Of a stretch of 46,384 nt of DNA, positions 1-8,057 are shown one piece after another. The stretch lies in contig CAVYGQ010000002.1 of assembly GCA_963768175.1 (NCBI GenBank), positions 146,284-192,667 on the forward strand. Reading direction: 5' to 3'. How positions within the stretch are numbered: the first letter of the stretch is position 1; the number at the start of each line of letters is the position of its first letter. The notes under the pieces are model-generated. The model was given only the letters and a program-made list of their open reading frames with translations. It had not been told where the DNA came from and searched no databases. This stretch comes from Candidatus Doudnabacteria bacterium. Its GTDB lineage: Bacteria > Patescibacteriota > Doudnabacteria > UBA920. The translations under genes and the position numbers were made by a program.

Positions 1-1989
1 CGCTTCGGGTGTTATCGGAACAGAGTGCATAATTTTGCGTGCGCGGCCTTCATGTAAAAATTCCAAATCCACATCTAAAACTATTTTTTCGCCGGCTTTG
101 ACCACGCATTTTCCGGAATTAGTAAACTGCCCGATAGCAGTTGCTTCCACTCCGCGCCGTTTCATTAAGTTAAAGAATTTTTTCCAATTCTTTTTTGGCA
201 CGGCCAGGGTCATTCTTTCCTGGGACTCGGAAATCCAAATTTGCCAAGGCGTTAGCCCGGGATATTTTAGCGGCACTTTATCCAGGTTGACTTCGCAGCC
301 ACCCCTCGACTTCGCCCTCTCGGCCCTGCTTGAGGGCTTCGCTCGGGACGACCCTGTTGGGTCGCCCATTTCTCTTGCCATTTCCGCCACGGAGCAAGAC
401 AGGCCGCCGGCGCCGTCATCGGTAAGGCTGTTGTACAGCCCTAAATCCCGCGCTTCTTTAGCCAGCGCATCGCTCAATTTTTTTTGGGTAATCGGGTCGC
501 CAATCTGCACGGCCGCGGCCGGACTGCCGGAATTCAAGCTTTCCGAAGAAAAAGTCGCGCCGTGGATGCCGTCCCGGCCCACGCGCCCGCCGAGCATTAC
601 TATATAGTCGCCGTCCTTGGCTTGTTTTTTAAAAGAATCTTTGCCGTTGATTTTTTTCGGGATAAGCCCGACGGTTCCGGCAAACACCAGGGGTTTGCCG
701 CGATAACGTTTATCAAAATACAAAAAGCCCAAGTTGGTGGGGATGCCGCTTTGGTTGCCGCCGGAGTTGATGCCGGCAACAACGCCGTCCATTATCCGGC
801 GGGCGGGCAAAAGTTTTTGCTGTTTTTCTTTGTCACGGAAAAGTTCGGTTTTATCTTCGGGATCGCCCAGGCAAAAACCGTAAACGTTAATTACCGGCTT
901 GGCGCCTAGGCCAAATCCTAAAGCGTCGCGGTTGACCCCGACAATGCCGGTGAGGCTGCCGCCAAAGGGGTCTAGGGCAGAAGGGGAGTTATGGGTTTCC
1001 ACTTTGTGGGTTATTACATAATCGTCGTCAAAAACAATTCCGCCGGAGTTGTCCGTAAACACGGAAACGCAAAAATCCCGCTTGTCTTTTTTCTTTCTAA
1101 TTTCATTCGTGGCGGCTTTTATGTAGGTTTTATACAGTCCGTTCTTAATTTCATCCAGTTGGTCGGCAAATATAGTGTGCTTGCAGTGCTCGCTCCAGGT
1201 CTGCGCTAGGCTTTCCAGCTCCACGTCCGTGGGCTGGCGTTTTTGGGCCTTGAAATAATCACGGATGGCCTTCATGTTATCCAAATCCAAAGAGAGCGGG
1301 CCGTGGCGCTGCTTGGTTTTTGGGTCCATTATTCCTTGTTTGCCAATAGCAGCGAGATCTTCATCGCTTACATTTAAATCTACCAAAATAGCACCCTGGT
1401 TTTCCGGCAAAGTGACTTTGGGCGCGGTTATGCCCATGCCGCCGTCGGTCTTAAATCTATCAAAACTTTTTATTTTAGCCTGCTGGATAAGTGGGTTGTA
1501 TAAACTGTCCGCGATTTTTTTAATATCACCCCCTTCACCCCCTCTTATTTTAAGAGGGGGAGCTATTTTATCCCTCCCCTTAATATAAGGGGAGGTTGGG
1601 AGGGGATATTTTTTTTCAAAGTTAACAAATAAAACCTGGGAAGAGTACACTCCTTCACCAGGTTTAAATTTTAATTTTAGCCCGTCTTCCAAAGTTTCTT
1701 TGGCCGTGTTGCCTACGTTGTCCGTCACGCCCGGCAAAAAGCCAATCTCTATGGCCCAGTCAAAAGTTTTTGGCGCTAAGGGTTTTTCGCTTGCCTGCTG
1801 AAGCAGGGGATTGGCCAAAAGCTGCAATGCCTTAGCTACTTGCTGTGGGGCAAAAGTTTTATCTATAGCATAGCAATCCGTAATTGCTACGTCCTTTACT
1901 GGGGCTTTAAGTCCTAAGTTTAAAAAAGCCTTTTTTTTTGCCTGGGCTCTGGCGTCCGGCACAATGTATTTTACGGAGATTTTATGCAT
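1..1989 (-). CDS. purL: Phosphoribosylformylglycinamidine synthase, PurS-like N-terminal domain fused to PurL (FGAM synthase II); C-terminal part lies beyond the window start
   Basis: Absent from the ORF track because it is open at the window edge. Own minus-strand translation from ATG at 1989 gives MHKISVKYIVPDARAQ... (PurS-like). It then shows TWSEHCKHTIF, FTDNSGGIVFDD, ETHNSPSALDPFGG, GINSGGNQSGIP, GGRVGRDGIHGATFSS and DDGAGGLSCSVAEMA, which are PurL motifs. Plus-strand ORFs 35..607, 484..909, 991..1209 and 1265..1588 are antisense shadows. Confidence 0.9.
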   Translation of the reverse strand, partial: MHKISVKYIVPDARAQAKKKAFLNLGLKAPVKDVAITDCYAIDKTFAPQQVAKALQLLANPLLQQASEKPLAPKTFDWAIEIGFLPGVTDNVGNTAKETLEDGLKLKFKPGEGVYSSQVLFVNFEKKYPLPTSPYIKGRDKIAPPLKIRGGEGGDIKKIADSLYNPLIQQAKIKSFDRFKTDGGMGITAPKVTLPENQGAILVDLNVSDEDLAAIGKQGIMDPKTKQRHGPLSLDLDNMKAIRDYFKAQKRQPTDVELESLAQTWSEHCKHTIFADQLDEIKNGLYKTYIKAATNEIRKKKDKRDFCVSVFTDNSGGIVFDDDYVITHKVETHNSPSALDPFGGSLTGIVGVNRDALGFGLGAKPVINVYGFCLGDPEDKTELFRDKEKQQKLLPARRIMDGVVAGINSGGNQSGIPTNLGFLYFDKRYRGKPLVFAGTVGLIPKKINGKDSFKKQAKDGDYIVMLGGRVGRDGIHGATFSSESLNSGSPAAAVQIGDPITQKKLSDALAKEARDLGLYNSLTDDGAGGLSCSVAEMAREMGDPTGSSRAKPSSRAERAKSRGGCEVNLDKVPLKYPGLTPWQIWISESQERMTLAVPKKNWKKFFNLMKRRGVEATAIGQFTNSGKCVVKAGEKIVLDVDLEFLHEGRARKIMHSVPITPEA
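299..363 (-). repeat. In-frame GC-rich insertion inside purL
   Basis: Encodes an extra DPTGSSRAKPSSRAERAKSRGG between AEMAREMG and CEVNLDKVPL. It contains the word cctcgacttcgc, which is also present in the terminator hairpin at 27859-27888. Confidence 0.5.
1526..1610 (-). repeat. In-frame insertion inside purL built from two perfect hairpins
   Basis: Hairpins are CCCCCTCTTA-ttt-TAAGAGGGGG (1538-1560) and CTCCCCTTA-ata-TAAGGGGAG (1574-1594). On the minus strand the segment encodes YPLPTSPYIKGRDKIAPPLKIRGGEGGD with the frame preserved. Confidence 0.6.
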
Positions 1990-2136
1990 TAGAATAAAAA
2001 ATAATCTTCCTTAAAGAGTTGTTTTTGGAAGATATATATAGACATTGAGAAATCAAAAAGTATCGTTCGATTGGTGGTTTTATTGTAACCAAGTTTTAGC
2101 CGTGCGTCAACCCTGGAAAATGGGCGGATTTTGGAT

Positions 2137-2210
2137 AAAAAAACACCGCCTGGGAAGCCCGCGGCAGAGAGAGGAGCACGCAAGCTCTCTGGCAGGCTTC
2201 CCGATGGCGG
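2137..2210 (-). terminator. Intrinsic terminator (minus strand)
   Basis: The minus-strand RNA reads CCGCC-auc-GGGAAGCC-ugc-CAGAGAG...CUCUCUG-ccgc-GGGCUUCCC-a-GGCGG, followed by ug and U7. Confidence 0.6.
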
Positions 2211-2552
2211 CGCCGGGAACGGATGTTGGGCAACCCTTGTCAAAGGGCGTCTACAGTTCGTTCCCGAAACTGCATTATGATGATGGCGGCCGGAGCCGTA
2301 GCAGTTCCGCGCAGCTTGATAACTGGCGGTTGCGGGCGGACCCCGGTCGAAACGGCTGTGTTACCTCCTTCTTCCTCCTTCTTATAGGGGGTTAAGCGCC
2401 CCACATCCATCGGGACGCTTTTACTGCGAAGCCGCGGATTTCGCGGCAGAACCGCACAAGCCGGTGTATGCCGGCTCTCCGTCCCCTAACCTTCTCGGCT
2501 AGTTGGCGGATTTGCTGGTGGCGGCGTTGAGCCGCCACTTGCGGTAGTTCAT
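2211..2552 (-). ncRNA. Orphan GC-rich transcription unit: structured RNA or carrier of a 56-codon sORF (2240..2410); class not recognised
   Basis: Bounded by a promoter (2559-2587) and a terminator (2137-2210) on the minus strand. It holds several perfect local hairpins, e.g. GTGGCGGC-tcaac-GCCGCCAC, AGCCGG-cataca-CCGGCT, GCCGCG-aaatc-CGCGGC. It is visibly more GC-rich than its flanks. No ORF of 60 aa or more is credible. Confidence 0.3.
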
Positions 2553-2558
2553 GGCCTA

Positions 2559-2587
2559 AATATAGGGATTAGAAGGAAAAAAGTCAA
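2559..2587 (-). promoter_or_regulatory. Sigma70-like promoter (minus strand)
   Basis: Minus strand reads TTGACT (2587-2582), a 17-nt spacer tttttccttctaatccc, then TATATT (2564-2559). Confidence 0.5.
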
Positions 2588-2670
2588 ATGAAAAAAGCGT
2601 TCCGGATATCATTGATATTTGTGGGCTTATATATTACTATAAATTTGTATTTTTACTATTATTATGTATT

Positions 2671-3225
2671 ATGAAACGCATATTTATCGCTATTTCTATA
2701 TCGGAACAACTTCAGGAGGGAATTTTGAAGTGGGAAAGCCGGTATCAGAAATTGCCGGTCAGATGGCTTGTGGGAAAAAATCTCCACGTAACTCTGGTGC
2801 CGCCATGGTATGAGCAGGACTTTAAAGCTATAAGCAGTAAGTTAAAAGTCGTAACCGCAAAACCGTTTGAAATTAAATTTGATAATATATCTTTCGGACC
2901 AAACCAAAGTGAGCCCCGCGTGATCTGGGCGATGGGGGAGGCGGGAGAGGAAATTAGGGAATTAAAGAAATTAATTGAAACTGCGCTAAGCGGTGGTGTT
3001 AGCAAAAAATGCGGTCGCACTTTATTGCAACACATAACTTTGGCTAGGTTTAAGCCGGAAGATTTTGGGAGGTTCCCTATAAAGCGTCTCGATGAAAAAA
3101 TTGGTTGGCGGCAAACGGTAACTTCGTTTGTGCTTTACGAATCGCACTTGTCATCGTCCGGAGCGGATTACGAGGTGCTTGAAGAGTTTCCTCTGAAATC
3201 TTCTACGAAATACGAAAAAAACTAA
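2671..3225 (+). CDS. thpR: RNA 2',3'-cyclic phosphodiesterase / 2'-5' RNA ligase family (2H phosphoesterase)
   Basis: 184 aa with the two H-x-T/S-x motifs of the 2H superfamily: NLHVTLVPP and LQHITLARF. Confidence 0.85.
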   Translation: MKRIFIAISISEQLQEGILKWESRYQKLPVRWLVGKNLHVTLVPPWYEQDFKAISSKLKVVTAKPFEIKFDNISFGPNQSEPRVIWAMGEAGEEIRELKKLIETALSGGVSKKCGRTLLQHITLARFKPEDFGRFPIKRLDEKIGWRQTVTSFVLYESHLSSSGADYEVLEEFPLKSSTKYEKN

Positions 3226-3267
3226 ATACGAAACGTAAATCCCCAAATGGCCGTTATCTGGGAATTT

Positions 3268-3308
3268 GGGAAGCAAAAGAAGGGCCGCCCTAAGTGCATC
3301 AGGGCGGC
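3268..3308 (-). terminator. Hairpin terminator downstream of the 3348..3740 gene
   Basis: Stem GCCGCCCT (3284-3291) pairs with AGGGCGGC (3301-3308). On the minus strand it is followed by the U-rich stretch cccuucuuuugcuu. Confidence 0.45.
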
Positions 3309-3347
3309 GTGTTGAGTCTTGCGTGGTCGTGGCGTGGGCGGATAGAG

Positions 3348-3740
3348 TCACTGTCCGTAGTATTGGCGGGTTCCGACAGTTGGTTCCCAGTCGGCGTTGT
3401 CCTGACAGTACTTTTTGTAGGTATCGGGTTTACCCTCTACTGGAGGTTCTTCAGGCTTGGGATAGAGCCTCTCGGGGGTCTCCCGATTATGCCTTTCTTC
3501 TCCGGGGGTCAGCTTGGACCCGTCATCTTGCGGACCCGACGCTCCCCAGAGATTTGGGTTTTTCAAGGCTTTCCGGACTGCAAAGAAAGCGTAGGTGATC
3601 GCCACGGCCGCAATAACGGCCACGAAGTAGAACAGCGACCGATCGGCGTGCGTAGCGTTGGTGTTGGGCGTGCTCCCCCAGAGTGACCAGGGAAGGACTA
3701 TCATAATCAGGATTATCCTGAGCCGTCTAAGCAGGACCAT
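3348..3740 (-). CDS. Hypothetical two-TM membrane protein in a GC-rich patch
   Basis: This is the ORF-track ORF 3348..3776, trimmed to the ATG at 3740 because AGGAGG lies 8 nt upstream (aggaggagacaaacgATG). TM segments are LRIILIMIVLPWSLWG and SLFYFVAVIAAVAITYAFFAV. No family was recognised. Confidence 0.55.
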   Translation of the reverse strand: MVLLRRLRIILIMIVLPWSLWGSTPNTNATHADRSLFYFVAVIAAVAITYAFFAVRKALKNPNLWGASGPQDDGSKLTPGEERHNRETPERLYPKPEEPPVEGKPDTYKKYCQDNADWEPTVGTRQYYGQ

Positions 3741-3984
3741 CGTTTGTCTCCTCCTGGATTGGTTTGGACTTCTCATGTAGCATGCGATCGTCTACATGAT
3801 CGCCTTCCGGTTCCAGGGGATCCCCAGGAACCTTCAAAACTACATCAGAGCAACTGATTTGCATAATTCCTCTTGAATCAGTCTGGTATGAGCCGAACTG
3901 ACTACATTGTAGTTTTTACCGGGCTTGGTGTCAAAAGGGATTTGACGCGTTGCGGAGGACGGTAAAAAGGATTAAAATCAAGAC

Positions 3985-4791
3985 ATGAAAGACGGCAAGA
4001 AAATCATCCATCCTTCGCGTAAAGCTACGGAGGATGACCATCTATATTTATCGCCGGTAAAGACCGGCGATAAAGGAAAGAAGTGGGTCAAACTCGCGAT
4101 TTTTGACATAGACGGGACGATTTTTCGTTCGTCTTTGATTATTGAGCTTAGCCAGGCTTTGGTGGATGCCAAAATTTTTCCTATTGCCGCCCAAAAGGAA
4201 ATCAGCAAGGAATATTTGGCCTGGTTGGACCGCAAAGGCAGCTATGAGGCTTACATAAATAAAGTGGTAAAAATTTACGTTAAATACATAACCGGGAAAA
4301 AATTTACCGCGGTGGACAAAATCGCGCGGCAGGTTATTGCTTACCAAAAAGACCGCGTCTACCGTTTTACCCGCGACCTGATAAAGCGGCTTAAAAAGCA
4401 AAAATATTTTTTGGTCGCCATTTCTGGCTCGCCTTCCTATATAGTGGCCAAATACGCCAAGGCTATTGGCTTTAACTTATTTTTTGGCACGGAGCTGGAA
4501 ATGGTCAGCGGCAAATTCACGGGAAAAGTCAAAAGTTTGGAGTTCGCCTTTAACAAGGCGAAGATTGTCAAAAATTTGGCAAAAAAATACCGCGCTAATT
4601 TAAAGCTATCAGTCGCGGTGGGGGATACGGAAGGAGATATTGCGATGCTTAAATTAGTCGGCCGGCCCGTTGCCTTTAATCCTAATTTGGGTTTGGCCAA
4701 GTTCGCGAAAGAGCATAACTGGACGGTGGTGGCCGAGCGCAAAGACGTAATTTATCAAATAGCCGATTTTAAATTTTTAAACCGTTTATGA
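3985..4791 (+). CDS. HAD-IB family hydrolase (phosphoserine phosphatase-like)
   Basis: Shows the DxDxT motif AIFDIDGTIF, AISGSP, a conserved K, and GDTEGDIAML (HAD motif IV). Confidence 0.8.
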   Translation: MKDGKKIIHPSRKATEDDHLYLSPVKTGDKGKKWVKLAIFDIDGTIFRSSLIIELSQALVDAKIFPIAAQKEISKEYLAWLDRKGSYEAYINKVVKIYVKYITGKKFTAVDKIARQVIAYQKDRVYRFTRDLIKRLKKQKYFLVAISGSPSYIVAKYAKAIGFNLFFGTELEMVSGKFTGKVKSLEFAFNKAKIVKNLAKKYRANLKLSVAVGDTEGDIAMLKLVGRPVAFNPNLGLAKFAKEHNWTVVAERKDVIYQIADFKFLNRL

Positions 4792-5504
4792 CCATAAGCA
4801 TAATCATTCCCGCCTATAATGAAGAAAGGTACATTGGCAACTGTTTGTGCGGCATTCTTAAATATGCCTCGGACAATTTAAAGGAAATTATTGTGGTTAA
4901 CAACGCCAGCACTGATAAAACCGCCAAAGTGGCGGCAAGCTTTGCCGGGGTCCGGGTGGTGGATGAGCCCAGTAAAGGTTTGACCAAGGCCAGGCAGAGG
5001 GGATTGTTGGAAGCTACGGGGGAGTTGCTGGCTTTTGTGGACGCCGACAGCCTGGTGCCGGAAAACTGGTTTAACATTATTAACCGCGAATTTAGCGCAG
5101 ACAATAAACTAGTTTGTTTAAGCGGCCCGTATGTTTATTTTGATACTCCCGCTTGGCAGCAATGGATGGTAAAGCATTTGTATTACGGCATGTTGGCGCG
5201 TATTGCTTATTTTTTTTCTGGATATATGGTTTCGGGCGGCAACTTTGTGGCCAGAAAAGACGCACTTTTAAAGATCGGCGGCTTTGACATTAGTATTGCT
5301 TTTTATGGGGAAGATACCGATATTGCCAGGAGGTTGCATAAAGTCGGCAAGGTCAAATTTTGCAGCGAATTTTTTATGTCGACTTCTGGCCGGCGCTTTG
5401 CCAACGAAGGCACCATTAACACCGGCGCCAAGTATGTGGCAAATTATACTTCCGTTATGCTTACCAAAAAACCGGTGGTGAAAAAATATAAAGATATAAG
5501 ATAA
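4788..5504 (+). CDS. Glycosyltransferase family 2
   Basis: Shows IIIPAYNEERYI, VVNNASTDKT and FVDADS (DxD). The start overlaps the upstream stop (ATGA). Confidence 0.85.
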   Translation: MTISIIIPAYNEERYIGNCLCGILKYASDNLKEIIVVNNASTDKTAKVAASFAGVRVVDEPSKGLTKARQRGLLEATGELLAFVDADSLVPENWFNIINREFSADNKLVCLSGPYVYFDTPAWQQWMVKHLYYGMLARIAYFFSGYMVSGGNFVARKDALLKIGGFDISIAFYGEDTDIARRLHKVGKVKFCSEFFMSTSGRRFANEGTINTGAKYVANYTSVMLTKKPVVKKYKDIR

Positions 5505-5507
5505 AAG

Positions 5508-7181
5508 ATGGATTTTCAAGAAATAAAATCGCAATTTAATTTTAAGGGAGACATAAAAACCGATGACGCTACGCTGGCCAAATACAGCCGCGACGCCAGT
5601 ATTTTTGAAATTGTCCCAAAGTGCGTGGTTTGCCCCAAAGATGCGGAAGACGTAAAAAATTTGGTAAAGTGGGTTTCGGCCAACAAAGGCCAAAATCCGG
5701 ATTTATCGATTACCGCCCGCAGTGCGGGCACTGACATGGGCGGCGGCAGTTTAAACGATTCCATAATCGCCAACTTTACCGCTTATTTTAACAAAATTGA
5801 AATGTTCGGGCCGGATTTTGCCGTAGCGGAGCCGGGAGTTTATTATCGCGACTTTGAAGCCGAGAGTTTAAAGCGGGGATTGCTTTTGCCCTGCTTTACC
5901 GCGTCTAAAAGCCTGAACACCTTGGGCGGCATGGCGGCCAACAATTCGGCCGGGGAAAAATCGCTTTCCTACGGCCAGGTCAAAGACTACGTACAGGAGT
6001 TAAGCGTGGTGCTTTCCGACAACAACGAGTATGTGTTTGGCGAGCTGGACAATAGTCAGCTGGAGCAAAAATTAAGATTGCCGGGCTTTGAAGGCGAAAT
6101 TTACCGCAAAATGTTCAGGCTGGTTAACGAAAATTATGGTGTCATAAAAAAAGCCAAGCCGACGACCTCCAAAAATTCAGCCGGCTACCTGCTTTGGGAA
6201 GTCTGGGATAAAGTTAAATTTAATTTAGCGAAGCTGATTACCGGCAGCCAGGGAACGCTGGGGCTGATTACCAAAATAAAATACCGTTTGGTCAGGCCAA
6301 AGCCCAAGAGCGAGCTTTTGGTGATTTTTATGAAAAGTTTGGGTAATTTAGGCGAGGTGACCGCTTCGGTAGCCGCTCACCGTCCGGAAAGTTTTGAAAG
6401 TTTTGACGACCATACCTTTAAATTGGCCATGAAATTTTTGCCCGATATGATAAAAAGGATGTCCCGCAAAGCCGCCGGCTTCGGTAAAAGTGGTAGCCAA
6501 TTTAAACTCGGCTTGGAGTTTTTACCCGAAATTTGGCTTACGCTTACTGGCCGCGCGCCCAAACTGACTTTAATTGCCGAGTTTACCGGCAATAGCGAAG
6601 AAGAAGTTTACGGAAAACTGCTGCTGGCGCAAAAAGAAGTTCAGGCCAAGTTTAAGCTAAAAACCCGCATAACCAATAGTACTGAAGAGGCGGAAAAATA
6701 TTGGGCAATAAGGCGGGAAAGTTTTAATTTACTGCGCCAGCACTCCCGTGGTCTGTCCGCCGCGCCGTTTATAGAGGATATTATTGTCCATCCCGGCCAG
6801 TTGCCCAACTTTTTGCCGGAGTTAACTGCCATACTGGATAAATATCCGAGGCTTATTTACACGATTGCCGGCCACGCCGGCGACGCCAATTTTCACATTA
6901 TTCCGCTTATGGACCTAAGGCGCGCCGAGCAGCGCATGATAATCCCCAAACTTGCCGACGAGGTTTATGGTTTGGTCCTAAAATATCAAGGCTCCATAAC
7001 CGCCGAACATAATGACGGGCTTATTCGCAGCCCGTATTTGGAAAAAATGTACGGACCCGAAGTTTTTGGGCTGTTTAAGCGGACCAAGGAAATTTTTGAC
7101 CCGAAAAATATTTTTAACCCCGGGAAAAAAGTCGGCGCGACTTTTGATTACGCCTTAGCGCATGTAAAAAAAGTGTTATAA
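5508..7181 (+). CDS. FAD-binding oxidoreductase (GlcD / D-lactate dehydrogenase-like)
   Basis: 557 aa. It has the FAD-binding PCMH-type motif ITARSAGTDMGGGS and the C-terminal oxidase part AGHAGDANFHIIP...SITAEHNDG. Confidence 0.85.
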   Translation: MDFQEIKSQFNFKGDIKTDDATLAKYSRDASIFEIVPKCVVCPKDAEDVKNLVKWVSANKGQNPDLSITARSAGTDMGGGSLNDSIIANFTAYFNKIEMFGPDFAVAEPGVYYRDFEAESLKRGLLLPCFTASKSLNTLGGMAANNSAGEKSLSYGQVKDYVQELSVVLSDNNEYVFGELDNSQLEQKLRLPGFEGEIYRKMFRLVNENYGVIKKAKPTTSKNSAGYLLWEVWDKVKFNLAKLITGSQGTLGLITKIKYRLVRPKPKSELLVIFMKSLGNLGEVTASVAAHRPESFESFDDHTFKLAMKFLPDMIKRMSRKAAGFGKSGSQFKLGLEFLPEIWLTLTGRAPKLTLIAEFTGNSEEEVYGKLLLAQKEVQAKFKLKTRITNSTEEAEKYWAIRRESFNLLRQHSRGLSAAPFIEDIIVHPGQLPNFLPELTAILDKYPRLIYTIAGHAGDANFHIIPLMDLRRAEQRMIIPKLADEVYGLVLKYQGSITAEHNDGLIRSPYLEKMYGPEVFGLFKRTKEIFDPKNIFNPGKKVGATFDYALAHVKKVL

Positions 7182-7246
7182 ATATCAGAAAATTTGGTTA
7201 GCCAGAAGTCGGATAGCCAGATGGTTTAACTTCCAGAATTTTGACG

Positions 7247-7277
7247 AATCCGACTTGCACAGCAGCGGATTTTTTTA
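7247..7277 (+). terminator. Intrinsic terminator after the FAD oxidase gene
   Basis: Stem AATCCG (7247-7252) pairs with CGGATT (7266-7271) and runs into a T8 tract (7270-7277). Confidence 0.45.
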
Positions 7278-7292
7278 TATGATAACAGAACC

Positions 7293-7730
7293 ATGTACTA
7301 TTTTGCCTACGGATCAAGCATGAATTTCCACCATATGCGCAGAATATGCGGCTGGCATTTTACCATGCTCGGCCAGGCCGTCCTGCCGGATTTTGAATTT
7401 GGCTTGGACAAGCGTGGCTATGCCAACATCCATAAAAAAGAAGGAGCCAAGGTCTATGGCGTACTGTATAATATTGACCAGTACTGCATAGATGCGATGG
7501 ATGAATATGAGGGTTACCCAAATATTTTTAGTCGTCTTTTGGTAAATATTACGGACAAAGACGGCGCTTTGCGCAAAGCTTGGGTGTATTTGGAAAAGCC
7601 CGAGGAATTCGGCGGCACACAGGCAAATGAAGCCCATTTTAAAATTCTTATTGCCGGAGCCAGGGCAAGCCATCTGCCGCAGCAATGGATTGAATTTTTA
7701 GAGTCCTTCCAAAATAACCCGAACGTTTAA
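7293..7730 (+). CDS. Gamma-glutamylcyclotransferase-like (AIG2/GGCT fold) protein
   Basis: N-terminal YFAYGSSMN motif and the downstream MDEYEGYP motif. Confidence 0.75.
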   Translation: MYYFAYGSSMNFHHMRRICGWHFTMLGQAVLPDFEFGLDKRGYANIHKKEGAKVYGVLYNIDQYCIDAMDEYEGYPNIFSRLLVNITDKDGALRKAWVYLEKPEEFGGTQANEAHFKILIAGARASHLPQQWIEFLESFQNNPNV

Positions 7731-7756
7731 TTGTCTTATAAATAAAGCCAAACCAA

Positions 7757-7782
7757 ACCTCCTATCTGGAGGTGATTTTTTT
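7757..7782 (+). terminator. Intrinsic terminator
   Basis: ACCTCC-tatct-GGAGGT followed by ga and T7. Confidence 0.6.
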
Positions 7783-7806
7783 GCCCCAATAGACTATAAT
7801 ATAGAT

Positions 7807-8001
7807 ATGCTCCGCAAAATCTTTAAAATCGGCCATTCGGCCGCGGTAACAATCTCTCGAAGCCTTTTAAAGGATATGGATTTTAAGGTGGGCGATAAAG
7901 TTAAGCTGGAAATTAGCCCGGATAAGGGAGGACTTATTATCCGTCACGGGAAAAAAGAAAGCCAGTTAAGTTTGGGGTTAAAGGTAAGGCCAAAGTTATA
8001 A
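7807..8001 (+). CDS. AbrB/MazE/SpoVT-family DNA-binding protein (antitoxin-like, no partner seen)
   Basis: 64 aa with KIGHSAAVTISRSLLKDMDFKVGDKVKLE, which is SpoVT-AbrB-like. A TATAAT at 7795-7800 ends only 6 nt before the ATG, so the mRNA is possibly leaderless. Confidence 0.7.
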   Translation: MLRKIFKIGHSAAVTISRSLLKDMDFKVGDKVKLEISPDKGGLIIRHGKKESQLSLGLKVRPKL

Positions 8002-8002
8002 G

Positions 8003-8057
8003 AGTAGAAAGTTTCCGCCAAAGGCGGATCCGCCTTTGGCGGAAAAAGTAGAAAGTT
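8003..8057. repeat. 34-bp perfect palindrome (8012-8045, centre GGATCC) flanked by 11-bp direct repeats AGTAGAAAGTT (8003-8013, 8047-8057)
   Basis: Read directly: tTTCCGCCAAAGGCGGA|TCCGCCTTTGGCGGAAa. Each arm is itself a CCGCC-nnn-GGCGG hairpin. The direct repeats look like a target-site duplication. Confidence 0.85.

Noticed and set aside
35-1588. Plus-strand ORFs 35..607, 484..909, 991..1209 and 1265..1588.
   Set aside because: They are antisense shadows of purL. The minus-strand translation shows canonical PurL motifs throughout.
2137-2560. The GC-rich structured region considered as tmRNA, RNase P RNA, SRP RNA or a pur-gene riboswitch.
   Set aside because: By eye there is no GAGGAAAGUCC (RNase P P4), no T-arm/ACCA tRNA-like end, and no plausible Ala-rich tag ORF. 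There is no SRP GGAAGCAGCC motif, and no ordered match to the purine, ZTP, ykkC or cobalamin cores. It is left unclassified.
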